Part shown: positions 39,053-50,151 of the stretch, piece by piece
Layout: each line of letters begins with the position of its first letter
How positions within the stretch are numbered: position 1 is the first letter of the stretch
Origin: an uncultured candidatus Brocadiaceae bacterium
GTDB lineage: Bacteria > Planctomycetota > Brocadiia > SM23-32
DNA length: 64,000 nucleotides
Direction of reading: 5' to 3'
NCBI GenBank assembly: GCA_964434535.1
Contig: CAYSWA010000007.1
Span: 8,321-72,320 of the forward strand
Made by a program: the position numbers and the translations under genes
The notes under the pieces: model-generated
Databases searched by the model: none
Told to the model about the DNA's origin: nothing
Seen by the model: the letters and a program-made list of their open reading frames with translations, nothing else

Positions 39053-40993
39053 TCAGGAGCCCTTCGACCGCGGCAAATCGCGGTCGGCCAGAGTGAAGAA
39101 GAACGCGCTGCCCCCGTCCGAGCCGCTCTCCACCCAGACCTCGCCGCCGTGCAACTCCACGAACTGCCGGGCGATCGGCAGGTTCAGCCCGATCCGGTCC
39201 TCGGGCGACCAGGGCAGGGGGGTGTAGGTCAGCGGCGGGTCGAAGACCGTCTCGGCCGCCTCGGGCTGGATGCCGGGCCCCTGGTCGCGCACGCCGATGA
39301 CGGTCGCGTCTTCCGACCGACCCACCGAGACGGTCACCGTGGTGCCCTGTCCGCCGTACTTGATCGCGTTCGACAGCAGCGCGTAAAGGACCTGCTTGAC
39401 CTTGGGGCCGTCGGCGACAACGCGGGTCTCGTCGGCCTCGGGCGGTATCCGCACGTCGGCCTCGTAGCGCTTCCTGATCGGTTCCAGAACCCGCAGGGCC
39501 GACCGCAGGCACTCGCCCAGGTTGAGCCGCTCCGGCTCCAGGCGCATGCGTCCGGCCTCGACCGTGCAGAGGTCGCGCAGGTCCTCCACGTAAGCGCTGA
39601 TCTCCGCGCAGGCCGAGGTGATCGCCTCCCGGCTCGCCTGTTCCTCGCCCGCGCTGCTGATGCGGTCGCCGAGGGCATCGATGCGGTCGCGCATGCCCTC
39701 GGCGATGCTCTGCATCTGGGCGGAGAAGGCGTCGCGCACCCGCTGGCGCTGCATGTCGCTCTGGCGCGTCTCGTCGGTGTGGCGCCGGATCTCGCGGCGC
39801 TGGTCCTGCTCGTGGCGCTGGAGGGCGGCCGCCATGCGGTTGAACTGATGGCCCACCTGCTCCAGCTCGTCGCCCTGGCCGACCTGCACCCGCACGTCGA
39901 GCCGCCCGGCGGCCACCTGCTGCGCCGCCCAGTGCAGCGCCCAGATCGGCTCGACCAGGTTCCGCTTCCAGTAGACGGCCAGCAGGAGCAGGCCGGCCAT
40001 CGGCAGCGCCAGCACCAGCGCGCTCCACCCGAGAACGCGGCGCGACGGCGCGTAGACATCGGCGGCCGGCTGTGTCACCACCACGAACCAGGGCCAGCCC
40101 TCCACGTGCGCCGGCCGTCCGCTCTGGCGCACCACGGCGAAGCCGACCACCTGGGGCTGCTCATTGCCCGTCGTGACCTGCCCGACGAACACACCGTCCG
40201 GCGCGCTGCGGATGGCCCGCATGGCCTCGGCGTTCAGGTCCATCAGCCCCGGCGCGTCCGCCGCTTTGAAGACAGTGCGCCCCTGGGAGTCGACCAGGTG
40301 TCCCTGGCCGCCGGCACCGATCTCCAGCGCCCTGACGGCCTGGAAGAGCGCGTCCACCTCGTGGGAGACTTTCAGGACGCCCAGCGCGCGGCCGGCCTCG
40401 TCCCGCACCGCCGTGACCACGTCCAGGGAGAAGACCTCCGCGCTCTTGTCGTAGGCGATCGGGCCGACGTAGGTCGCGCCGGCGCCCTCGTCATAGGCGC
40501 GCTGCCACCATGCCTCGTCGGCCTGGTAGTAGTCTGTGGTCACGTTCGTGGCGGCCACCAGGGCTCCGGCGGCGTCGGTCAGCATGATCTCGGCGTAGCG
40601 CGTCGGCGCGCTCTGCTGGAAGCGGCGCAGCTGGGCGGCGGTTTCATTGTTCAGCAGCGGCTCGGCCAGGGCCGCCCGGGCGGCCTCGTCGGCGTTGATC
40701 CAGGCGCGGTCGCGCTCCAGCAGGGCTTCGAGCCGCTCCCCGGCTGCCTGGTCACTGCCGGCCACGCGTTCGATCAATGGGCGTGAGCGGGCCAGTTGCT
40801 CCACCTGCTCGACGGTGCGCTGGAGCAGCAGCCCGACCTGCGCAGACTTGCCCGCGGCCGCCTGGCGCACGCGCTCGCGGCCGGCCTCCATAAGCTGCGA
40901 GCGATGGACGCCGAACAGGATGCCCGCCATCAACAGCAGCGGAAGGAAGGCCAGCACCACGAAGGTCAGGATGAGTTTGCTCAGGAGCTTCAT
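39053..40993 (-). CDS. sensor histidine kinase with periplasmic Cache-like sensor and HAMP domain
   Basis: ATG 40993 with GGGAGGGG upstream. Signal/TM MKLLSKLILTFVVLAFLPLLLMAGILF, a periplasmic domain of about 270 aa, a second TM, HAMP (LDVRVQVGQGDELEQVGHQFNRMAAALQ), phosphoacceptor His, and HATPase (NAIKYG...GPGI...GLNL). No adjacent response regulator. Confidence 0.85.
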   Translation of the reverse strand: MKLLSKLILTFVVLAFLPLLLMAGILFGVHRSQLMEAGRERVRQAAAGKSAQVGLLLQRTVEQVEQLARSRPLIERVAGSDQAAGERLEALLERDRAWINADEAARAALAEPLLNNETAAQLRRFQQSAPTRYAEIMLTDAAGALVAATNVTTDYYQADEAWWQRAYDEGAGATYVGPIAYDKSAEVFSLDVVTAVRDEAGRALGVLKVSHEVDALFQAVRALEIGAGGQGHLVDSQGRTVFKAADAPGLMDLNAEAMRAIRSAPDGVFVGQVTTGNEQPQVVGFAVVRQSGRPAHVEGWPWFVVVTQPAADVYAPSRRVLGWSALVLALPMAGLLLLAVYWKRNLVEPIWALHWAAQQVAAGRLDVRVQVGQGDELEQVGHQFNRMAAALQRHEQDQRREIRRHTDETRQSDMQRQRVRDAFSAQMQSIAEGMRDRIDALGDRISSAGEEQASREAITSACAEISAYVEDLRDLCTVEAGRMRLEPERLNLGECLRSALRVLEPIRKRYEADVRIPPEADETRVVADGPKVKQVLYALLSNAIKYGGQGTTVTVSVGRSEDATVIGVRDQGPGIQPEAAETVFDPPLTYTPLPWSPEDRIGLNLPIARQFVELHGGEVWVESGSDGGSAFFFTLADRDLPRSKGS

Positions 40994-41186
40994 CGGGACG
41001 CCCCTCCCCAATCCGGGAGCCCGCCGGCCCGAGCGCCGAGCCGCCGCGCGCTCATTATACAGCGGTCCGGCGGCAACTCCATCAGTTTTCTGCCGAGCGC
41101 CGGTGGCCCGGACCGAAAAAGGGTGGTAGCATCATCGCATGGAGGTCACGTGCCAACACTGGCCCTTGCCCGGAAGGAGGAGGCAG

Positions 41187-41573
41187 ATGCCGCAGCGTGT
41201 GCTACTTGCGGGCCGCCGCCCGCTTGCCCTGGCGCTGGTCGCATTGCTCTGTGCGGGATGCATCTACGTGAGCAAAAGCGATGTCACCACGAAGGGCGCC
41301 CCGCTCGAGAGCGGCTTCGTTGGGGCGATCAGGGACGGCGAGACGACCAGGGCCGAGGTAATCGCCGCCCTCGGCGAACCCCCGGAGGTCCACAAGCTGC
41401 CGGACGGCGGCGAGCGGCTGGTCTATCAGTCGATGACGCGCGAGGAGACGGAGAAGCGGGTCCTGTTCCTCATGCATTCCGAGGAGCAGCAGACGAGCAC
41501 CCGGCGGCTATACCTGACGGTCAACGAGCAGGGCGTGGTCACCGCCCACCGCGTGGAGGAGTTGCCGCGCTGA
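41187..41573 (+). CDS. small lipoprotein
   Basis: ATG 41187 preceded by GGAAGGAGGAGG. Lipobox LLCAGC. 128 aa. Confidence 0.55.
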   Translation: MPQRVLLAGRRPLALALVALLCAGCIYVSKSDVTTKGAPLESGFVGAIRDGETTRAEVIAALGEPPEVHKLPDGGERLVYQSMTREETEKRVLFLMHSEEQQTSTRRLYLTVNEQGVVTAHRVEELPR

Positions 41574-41623
41574 CAGGGGGGCGGCGGCGCCGAAGGGCGC
41601 GTGAGGCCCCCGGCGCCGGCGCT

Positions 41624-43213
41624 TCAGCCCTCCAGGACCGCCTGCGCCTGGTCCAGGCCGGCCTCCATGACGTAGGGGATGCCGGAGATCTCGGCCGCCT
41701 GGCGGGTCAGGGCGATCAGGTCGGCGCGGCCGATCGTGGAGACGCTGAAGTTGCGGCTGCCGGCCATGATCTGCTGGAGGCCGATGCTGAGCTTCTGCAC
41801 GAAGGTGTAGACGCCGATCGCCCCGAGGGGCATCTGCTGGACCTCGTCGCCGTACTTGTCCTTCAGCTCATCGTAGCAGTAGAAGATCTCCTCCACTGTG
41901 TCGCCGTGTTCGCTGACCGTGTTGGGCAGGTTGCCCTCGCGCAGCCATAGGCCGATGTTCTTGCCGACGAAGCCGGGGATCATCAGCGCGCGGCCCATGC
42001 AGACGGCCTTGGTCCACGGGGCGCCCATGGCGAGCGCCTTGAAGATGTGGTCCTCCTGGGAGAGCCCGCCGGCGATGGCGATGTCGGGCGGCTCGATGCC
42101 GCGCTCGGCGAGCGCCCGGCAGAACTGGCAGACGAGCGACTGGAGGTAGAAGGTGGGCACGCCCCACTCGTTCATCATGCGCCAGGGGCTCATGCCCGTG
42201 CCGCCCGGGGCGCCGTCGATCGTCAGCAGCGAGATGCCCGCCTCCGCCGACCAGCGCAGCGCCATGGCCAGCTCACGCGCGCCGTAGGCCCCGGTCTTGA
42301 GGCTGACGCGCCTGGCGCCCAGATCGCGCAGGCGCTGCACCTCGGCCATGAAGCCTTCCTTGTCGACGAAGCCGAGCCGGCTGTGGCGCTCGAAGGCCGT
42401 GATCTCGCCGTCCTGGAAGGCCTCCTCCACGTGCGGCAGGCTCGGGTCGGGCGTGACCAGGTAGCCGCGGCTCTGGAGATGGCGGGCGCGCTCGATGGTG
42501 TCGACCTTGATCTCGCCGCCGATGCACTTGGCCCCCTGGCCCCACTTCAGTTCGATGGTCTCGACGCCGAGCTCGCGCACGCAGTAATCGGCCACGCCCA
42601 GGCGCGTATCCTCGACGTTGAGCTGGACGACCAGGTCGCCGTAGCCCTCGTGGAACCTGCGCCACTGGCTGACGCGGCGGTCCATCTCCGGGCTCTTGGC
42701 GACCTTCCCGTCGGCGTCCAGCTCGAGCTCGGGGTCGACGCCGCAGACGTTCTCGCCGCAGACCAGCGTGATGCCGGCCAGGGCGGCGCCGACGGCGAAG
42801 CTGTCCCAGTTCTTCGCGGCGACGTCGGTCGAGCCGAGGGCGCCGGTGAAGACGGGAACGCGCAACTTCACCTTGCTCTGCCTGCCGTACTCGACCTCGG
42901 TCGAGACGTTCGGGAAGATGCAATCGTCGGGGGTGGCCTGCAGGTCGCCCGTCAGCCCCTCGGCGCCGAGGGCGTAGCCCTGGATGTTCACGTGCGAGTA
43001 GTCGACCGGGTAGTCCTTCTCGGCGCCGGCCGTGATCTCGCCGAAGGGCGAGGGATAGAGCAGTTCGCGCCCGCGGAAGGACGCCTGAAAGATCTCACAG
43101 TTCCCGCGGCATCCGTCCACGCAGCGGGCGCAGATGCCGCTGCTGGGCGTGATGTCCCGGCTGCGGTTGCGGCACTGGAGCGCCTCCGAACCGTTCGGTC
43201 TCATCAACGTCAT
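41624..43213 (-). CDS. FMN-binding glutamate synthase family protein (stand-alone GltB-domain-2-like) with N-terminal Cys cluster
   Basis: GAPGGTGMSPW and IAIAGGL motifs of the GltS FMN domain. N-terminal CARCVDGCRGNC (C-x2-C-x3-C-x3-C). ATG 43213 with a GGAGG SD. Confidence 0.8.
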   Translation of the reverse strand: MTLMRPNGSEALQCRNRSRDITPSSGICARCVDGCRGNCEIFQASFRGRELLYPSPFGEITAGAEKDYPVDYSHVNIQGYALGAEGLTGDLQATPDDCIFPNVSTEVEYGRQSKVKLRVPVFTGALGSTDVAAKNWDSFAVGAALAGITLVCGENVCGVDPELELDADGKVAKSPEMDRRVSQWRRFHEGYGDLVVQLNVEDTRLGVADYCVRELGVETIELKWGQGAKCIGGEIKVDTIERARHLQSRGYLVTPDPSLPHVEEAFQDGEITAFERHSRLGFVDKEGFMAEVQRLRDLGARRVSLKTGAYGARELAMALRWSAEAGISLLTIDGAPGGTGMSPWRMMNEWGVPTFYLQSLVCQFCRALAERGIEPPDIAIAGGLSQEDHIFKALAMGAPWTKAVCMGRALMIPGFVGKNIGLWLREGNLPNTVSEHGDTVEEIFYCYDELKDKYGDEVQQMPLGAIGVYTFVQKLSIGLQQIMAGSRNFSVSTIGRADLIALTRQAAEISGIPYVMEAGLDQAQAVLEG

Positions 43214-43460
43214 GGCCTCTGCTGCCTCCTGTCCTGAGGAAAGCGAATGCGATCCGGCTCTTCGGATCTGTCCACGGAATGCACAACACGTTCGGCTTGA
43301 CACGCGCCGGGGGTACTTACGCAAGGCGGATACCGCTCGGCCGTTCGTGGGTCGAAAACGGGGCAGGAGGCCCCTCGGGGCCGTCATCGTCGGGGCGGAG
43401 GCGTCGGGGGCATGGGCAGGGGCTGAGCGGTGCGCAAGACGTGCACATGCCCCGGCCGGC

Positions 43461-45797
43461 TCAGCCGCCGAGGCCGTAGGAGGCGATGCGGGCCCGCAGC
43501 GTGTTGCGGCTGATCCCGAGCTCGCGGGCCGTGCGGGTCTGCACGCCGCCGTTGGCCGCCAGCACGTGGGCGATGAGCGTCCGCTCGACCAGGCCGATCA
43601 CCTCGTCGTAGAGCTCGCCGTCGCTGCCGCGTCGCAGCTCGGCGATCAGGGGCAGCAGCGCCTCCCTGAGGTCGCGGGCCGGTTCGGGGCGAGGGCGCCG
43701 CCGGGGCGCGCAGATCGACTCGGGCAGCAGCTCGACCGTGATCGTGGCGGTCCGGGTCAGCACGATGGCCCGCTCGATGCAGTTCTCCAGCTCGCGGACG
43801 TTGCCGGGCCAGTCGTAGGCCGTCAGCATGTCCAGGGCCTCGCGGGAGAGCTTGTCGACCTGCTTGTCGTCTTCGCGGCTGAAGACGCCCATGAAGTGCT
43901 CGACCAGCAGGGGGATGTCCTCTCGCCGCTCGCGCAGCGGGGGCAGGCGGATGGGCAGGACGTTGAGCCGGTAGTAGAGGTCCTGGCGGAACCCGCCGGC
44001 GTTGACCCGGTCGGCCAGGTCCACATTCGTGGCCGCCACCACGCGGACGTCGACCCGGACGGCCTGCGAAGCGCCGACGCGCTCGAATTCCTTCTCCTGG
44101 AGCACCCGCAGGAGCTTGACCTGGAGCTGCGGGCTCATGCTGCTGACCTCGTCCAGGAAGACGGTGCCCCCGTCGGCGAGGGCGAACCGGCCGGCGCGAT
44201 CGCGCGTGGCGCCGGTGAAGGCGCCCTCGACGTGGCCGAACAGCTCGGACTCCAGCAGCGAGTCGGGCAGGGCGCCGCAGTTGACGGCCACGAACGGGCC
44301 GTCGGCCCGGGGGCTGTTGGCGTGGATGACGCGGGCGATCAGCTCCTTGCCCGTGCCCGTCTCGCCCTGGATCAGCACGGTGGCGTTGCTGTCGGCGACG
44401 GCCTCGGTCAGGGCGAGCACCTCCTGCATGGGCTGCGAAGCGCCGATGATGCTGCCCTGGTCGTAACGCGACTCGGCGTGCGCCTTTGCGCCGGCGCCCC
44501 GCAGCAGCTCCTCTTTCTCGATGGCGACCATGCGGTTGATCTTGATCGCCTGCGAGATCATGGAGCCGACGATCTGCAGCAGGCGCTGGTCCTTCTCGAG
44601 CGTCTCGGCGTCGACGAACTCGCGGTCCGCGCTCAAGGCGCCGATCACCTGCTCCTCCAGGCGCAGCGGGATGCAGACGAAGGAGACGGGGGCGGCGCGC
44701 ATGTCCCGCCGGCGGGCGCCGGTGCGGTCCAGGAAGCGCGGGTCGCGCCGGATGTCGGGCACGGCCACCGCCGTCCCGCTCTCGACCACTGCGCCGGTGA
44801 CGCCCTCGCCGGGCTGGTAGACGCCCCGCGACATCTCCTCGCGGCTCAGCCCGTGGGCGGCGGCGATGCGCAGCGTGCCGCTGGCCCGGTCCTCCAGCAC
44901 CAGCGTGCCGCGTTTCATCTTCAGCCCGCGCGCCAGCACGGACATGATGGTTTCGAAGACGACGTCCAGGTCGAGGCTGCTGCCCAGGGCGCGGCTGATC
45001 TCCCTGAGCAGGCGCACCTCGAGCTCCTCGCGTCGCCGGGGCACCGGCTCGGGCCGGCCGTCGACCGACTCGAAGTAGTGCGGCGCCCCGATGCGGCAGG
45101 CGGGCCGGTCCTCCGCCTTGCGCACGATCAGCTCGATGCCGCCGCTGCCGACGCCGAGCTCCAGGACGACCTGGGTGACGTGCAGCAGCTTGGCCAGGAA
45201 GCTCGGAGAATGCGCGTGCTTCTCGGTGATCCAGTAGGCGACGGTCGACAGGTCGTAGAGCTTCGGGCAGAGGTGGCTGAAGAACTTCAGCACCTGCTCC
45301 TCGCCGCCCCACAGCTCCAGCATGGCGGTGGGGCTGTCGAAGACGTAGCGCCCGCGCGCGCCGGCGCGCTCGGCGAGCTCGCTCATGATCCCGCGCAGCC
45401 GGTCCGCGTCCGCCGGCTGCGGCACGCGGGTCACCGTCAGCCCGTCCGGGCCCGCCTCCCGGTAGAAGTCGGTGAAGAAGGCGTCGTCCTTGCCGAAGCC
45501 CGAGGTGAACGCATCGACCAGGTGGAAGCGCGGCAGCAACTCGTCGGTGACGTAGCGGTTGAGGATCGACTGGGGCGAGTGGCTGAAGCTGACGAAGAAG
45601 ATGCGGCTCTCGTCGCGGGCGGCCGTGGAAAGGAAGCTGCGGATGAAGAACTCCACCGGGGCGCCCGAATCGACCTGCCAGACCAGGTTGTCCCCGGCGC
45701 ACAGGCCGCTCAGTATGCGGTCCAGATACTCGACGCCGCTGCTGATGTGGTGAGCTTCCATCGGTGCTTGGTTCCCCTGAGTGGTTACGAAGTGCAC
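43461..45797 (-). CDS. sigma-54-dependent transcriptional activator, NifA-like (degenerate KaiC-like domain + GAF + AAA+ + Fis HTH)
   Basis: AAA+ block [15 protein letters not shown]...[15 protein letters not shown] (GAFTGA motif). GAF block ([12 protein letters not shown]). C-terminal HTH ([17 protein letters not shown]). The N-terminal roughly 250 aa resemble a KaiC/RecA-like fold lacking the P-loop. The start could be GTG 45797 or ATG 45763. Confidence 0.85.
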   Translation of the reverse strand: MHFVTTQGNQAPMEAHHISSGVEYLDRILSGLCAGDNLVWQVDSGAPVEFFIRSFLSTAARDESRIFFVSFSHSPQSILNRYVTDELLPRFHLVDAFTSGFGKDDAFFTDFYREAGPDGLTVTRVPQPADADRLRGIMSELAERAGARGRYVFDSPTAMLELWGGEEQVLKFFSHLCPKLYDLSTVAYWITEKHAHSPSFLAKLLHVTQVVLELGVGSGGIELIVRKAEDRPACRIGAPHYFESVDGRPEPVPRRREELEVRLLREISRALGSSLDLDVVFETIMSVLARGLKMKRGTLVLEDRASGTLRIAAAHGLSREEMSRGVYQPGEGVTGAVVESGTAVAVPDIRRDPRFLDRTGARRRDMRAAPVSFVCIPLRLEEQVIGALSADREFVDAETLEKDQRLLQIVGSMISQAIKINRMVAIEKEELLRGAGAKAHAESRYDQGSIIGASQPMQEVLALTEAVADSNATVLIQGETGTGKELIARVIHANSPRADGPFVAVNCGALPDSLLESELFGHVEGAFTGATRDRAGRFALADGGTVFLDEVSSMSPQLQVKLLRVLQEKEFERVGASQAVRVDVRVVAATNVDLADRVNAGGFRQDLYYRLNVLPIRLPPLRERREDIPLLVEHFMGVFSREDDKQVDKLSREALDMLTAYDWPGNVRELENCIERAIVLTRTATITVELLPESICAPRRRPRPEPARDLREALLPLIAELRRGSDGELYDEVIGLVERTLIAHVLAANGGVQTRTARELGISRNTLRARIASYGLGG

Positions 45798-45937
45798 AGC
45801 CCTTGGCGCACCCCAGGAGGCCGTCCGACCGGATCGGGGGCGCCTCCAGGGCGGCAGCGACGCCCCATTATAGCCGCAGAGCGGCGCCTGCTCAATCTCC
45901 GAACATCCGGGGACGGCCGCCGCGCCGGGCCGGGAGG

Positions 45938-45966
45938 TTGACGCGGGGCGGGCCTTCCGCTACGCT
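45938..45966 (+). promoter_or_regulatory. putative promoter TTGACG-N17-TACGCT for purF
   Basis: Hexamer match about 70 nt upstream of the purF start. Confidence 0.35.
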
Positions 45967-46035
45967 TGCGGGTGGAGTGGGCGAGTGACGGGGGGCCGGC
46001 CATTGAAGGCCTACTGCGGGAGGTGTGAGTCCACG

Positions 46036-47466
46036 GTGTCGCGCGCGCAGGGGTGCCTCGTCCCTTACGAGGGACCGCGCGAGGAGTGCGGGATCATCGG
46101 CCTCTACGGGGTCGAGCACGCCGCGCGGCAGGCGCACCTCGGCCTGTATGCGCTCCAGCACCGGGGGCAGGAGTCGGCGGGCATCGTCGCCTCCGACGGC
46201 GAGGGCATCCAGAGCGCGAAGGGCCTCGGCCTGCTGGCCGAAGCGATCGAGGCGTCGGCGCTGGCCGACCTGCCGGGGCACATCGCCATCGGCCACGTGC
46301 GCTACTCCACCACGGGCGCCAGGCGGGTGCAGAACATCCAGCCGCTGGTCATCGAGTACGCCGGCGGCATCGTGGCCGTGGCCCACAACGGGAACCTGAC
46401 CAACGCCCGCGCCCTGCGGCGGCGCTATGAGCAGAAGGGCTCGATCTTCCAGACCTCGACCGACAGCGAGGTCTTCGTCCACCTTCTCGCTGACCCCGAG
46501 CACCTCGGCGCCCCGGACCCGCTCAAGGAGGTGCTCCGGCACGTGCGCGGCGCCTACTCGCTGGTGCTTCTGACGGCCACCCAGCTCATCGCCGCCCGCG
46601 ACCCCCATGGGTTCCGCCCGCTCTGCCTGGGGCGGCTCGACGGCGGCTACGTCGTCGCCAGCGAGACCTGCGCGCTCGACCTGCTCGGGGCCCGCTTCGA
46701 GCGCGAGGTGCAGCCGGGCGAGGTCATCTTCGTCGACGAGGGCGGCCTGCGCGTCGAGACGTTCGCCGAGCCCCGGCGCGGCGCCCGGTGCGTCTTCGAA
46801 TACATCTACTTTGCCCGGCCGGACAGCGTCATCTTCGGCGAGACGGTCCACAACGTCCGCGTGCGCCTGGGGGAGAACCTGGCCAAGGGGGCGCCGGCGG
46901 ACGGGGACATCGTGGTCTCGGTGCCGGACTCGGGCAACTCGGCCGCGCTCGGCTACTCCCGCCGCTCGGGCATCCCGCTCGACATCGGCTTCGTGCGCAA
47001 CCACTACATCGGACGCACCTTCATCACCCCGGCCGAGGAGGCCCGCGCCAGCAGCGTGCGCATCAAGCTCAACGTCGTGCGCGACGTGGTGCGCGGCAAG
47101 CGCCTGGTGGTGGTGGACGACTCGATCGTGCGCGGCACCACATCCCGCGCGCGCATGGCGACGCTGCGGGAGGCCGGCGCCCGCGAGGTGCACCTGCGCG
47201 TCAGCGCGCCGCCGATCCGGCGCCCTTGCTTCTACGGCATCGACTTTCAGCACCCCGACGAGCTGATCGCCCGCGACCACAGCGTCGAGGAGATCGCCCG
47301 CTTCATCGGCGTCGACACCCTCGGCTACCAGAGCATCGAGGGGCTGATCGACGCCGTGCCGGGCGGCCCGGAGGACTACTGCTGCGCCTGCTTCACCGGC
47401 GAGTACCCGGTCGAGCTGACCGAGGCGATGGCCAAGGACGACCTGGAGCCCGGCCGCCGCCGCTGA
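46036..47466 (+). CDS. purF: amidophosphoribosyltransferase
   Basis: Catalytic CGIIGLYG N-terminal nucleophile after a short propeptide, PRTase motif VVVDDSIVRGTT, and C-terminal Cys cluster (CFYGID...CCACFTGEYP). The GTG start at 46036 is inferred and could lie elsewhere. Confidence 0.85.
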   Translation: MSRAQGCLVPYEGPREECGIIGLYGVEHAARQAHLGLYALQHRGQESAGIVASDGEGIQSAKGLGLLAEAIEASALADLPGHIAIGHVRYSTTGARRVQNIQPLVIEYAGGIVAVAHNGNLTNARALRRRYEQKGSIFQTSTDSEVFVHLLADPEHLGAPDPLKEVLRHVRGAYSLVLLTATQLIAARDPHGFRPLCLGRLDGGYVVASETCALDLLGARFEREVQPGEVIFVDEGGLRVETFAEPRRGARCVFEYIYFARPDSVIFGETVHNVRVRLGENLAKGAPADGDIVVSVPDSGNSAALGYSRRSGIPLDIGFVRNHYIGRTFITPAEEARASSVRIKLNVVRDVVRGKRLVVVDDSIVRGTTSRARMATLREAGAREVHLRVSAPPIRRPCFYGIDFQHPDELIARDHSVEEIARFIGVDTLGYQSIEGLIDAVPGGPEDYCCACFTGEYPVELTEAMAKDDLEPGRRR

Positions 47467-47580
47467 GCCCCGGCGCTCGGCAGACCCTGGGAAGTATCTG
47501 GCCTGGCGCCTGGACCCACGGAATGGTAGGATAGGCGCAGAACCTACGGCTCTGTATGTTGCATCGGCAGGAGCGCGGCC

Positions 47581-49134
<1,554 letters not shown>

Positions 49135-49224
49135 GATCGGACCGCCGAACCTACCACCATGTCGGCGCCGGGCCGGCCGGCTCGCCACCTCACCAGCGTA
49201 TCCCTGCCTGTCGTATCCTCCTGC

Positions 49225-49239
49225 TGGCAAACCGTTTGC
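49225..49239 (+). promoter_or_regulatory. sigma-54 (-24/-12) promoter TGGCAA-N5-TTGCG upstream of porin-amt-glnK
   Basis: CTGGCAAACCGTTTGCG has GG and GC separated by 10 nt. It lies about 110 nt upstream of the porin start. Confidence 0.5.
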
Positions 49240-49347
49240 GCAGGACATGGCGTCTCCGCCCCCGCGTTGGCACGCGGCTCGCCTATGCGGAGGTCGAAGC
49301 GGGGCCCCGTCGCGGGCCGCGCAGCCCTGGAGAGCGGGAGGTGAGAG

Positions 49348-50124
49348 ATGCGTGGAAAGCTGATTGCTGTTCTGGTCGCAACGTGCTGCGCCGTGGGGCC
49401 GGCCGCCCGGCGGGCCGACGGCGAGGAGAAGGACTGGTCGATCGAACTGGACGCCGCGCTGAACAGCAAGTACGTCTGGCGCGGCATCAACCTGGTCGAC
49501 GACTGGGTCTTTCAGCCCTCCGTCACCGGCGCCTACCGCGGCCTCTCGCTCAACGTCTGGGGCAACATGGAGCTGTCGAACGAGAACGTCTACCCCGGCC
49601 ACGGCGACGCGGCGGGCGACTTCACCGAGATCGACTACACCCTCGACTACTCGTGGGCCTGGCGGAGGCTGAACTTCTCGCTCGGCACCATCTACTACGA
49701 CTTCCCCAACACGGGCCTCGCCTCCACGCTGGAGCTCTACGGCGCCGTGGGGCTCGATGCGCCGCTGGCCCCGACGTTGACCGTCTACCAGGACGTCAAG
49801 GAGGCCGACGGCACCTACGCGGCCCTCTCGGTGAGCCATGCCTTCGAGGACGTATGGTCTCCTGCGGAGGGCGTGGCCGTCTCGCTCGACCTCGGCGCCT
49901 CGGTGGCGGCCGGCTCGTCCAACTTCAACAAGTTCTACTACGGGGTCGACGACGAGGGCCTGGCGGACCTGCTGCTCTCGGTGGGGCTGCCGGTGCGGCT
50001 CGGCGAGCGGTGGACGCTGAGGCCGTCCGCCAGCTTCTCGACGCTGCTGGACGACGATATTCGCTCATCGGTCAGTGACGCGAGCAACGCCTGGTACGGC
50101 GTCTCGCTGGGCTGTGCGTTCTGA
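49348..50124 (+). CDS. outer-membrane beta-barrel porin (amt-associated family)
   Basis: Signal peptide MRGKLIAVLVATCCAVGPAA. Alternating amphipathic beta-strands with aromatic girdle residues, ending in a C-terminal aromatic F. RBS GGGAGG. Immediately upstream of amt. Confidence 0.6.
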   Translation: MRGKLIAVLVATCCAVGPAARRADGEEKDWSIELDAALNSKYVWRGINLVDDWVFQPSVTGAYRGLSLNVWGNMELSNENVYPGHGDAAGDFTEIDYTLDYSWAWRRLNFSLGTIYYDFPNTGLASTLELYGAVGLDAPLAPTLTVYQDVKEADGTYAALSVSHAFEDVWSPAEGVAVSLDLGASVAAGSSNFNKFYYGVDDEGLADLLLSVGLPVRLGERWTLRPSASFSTLLDDDIRSSVSDASNAWYGVSLGCAF

Positions 50125-50151
50125 ATGCCTTCTACGGCAGGAGAGAAGAAG

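Noticed and set aside
45967-46035. purF leader examined for a ZTP/purine riboswitch
   Set aside because: It is only about 70 nt and lacks the conserved ZTP or purine aptamer blocks. No regulatory RNA call was made.
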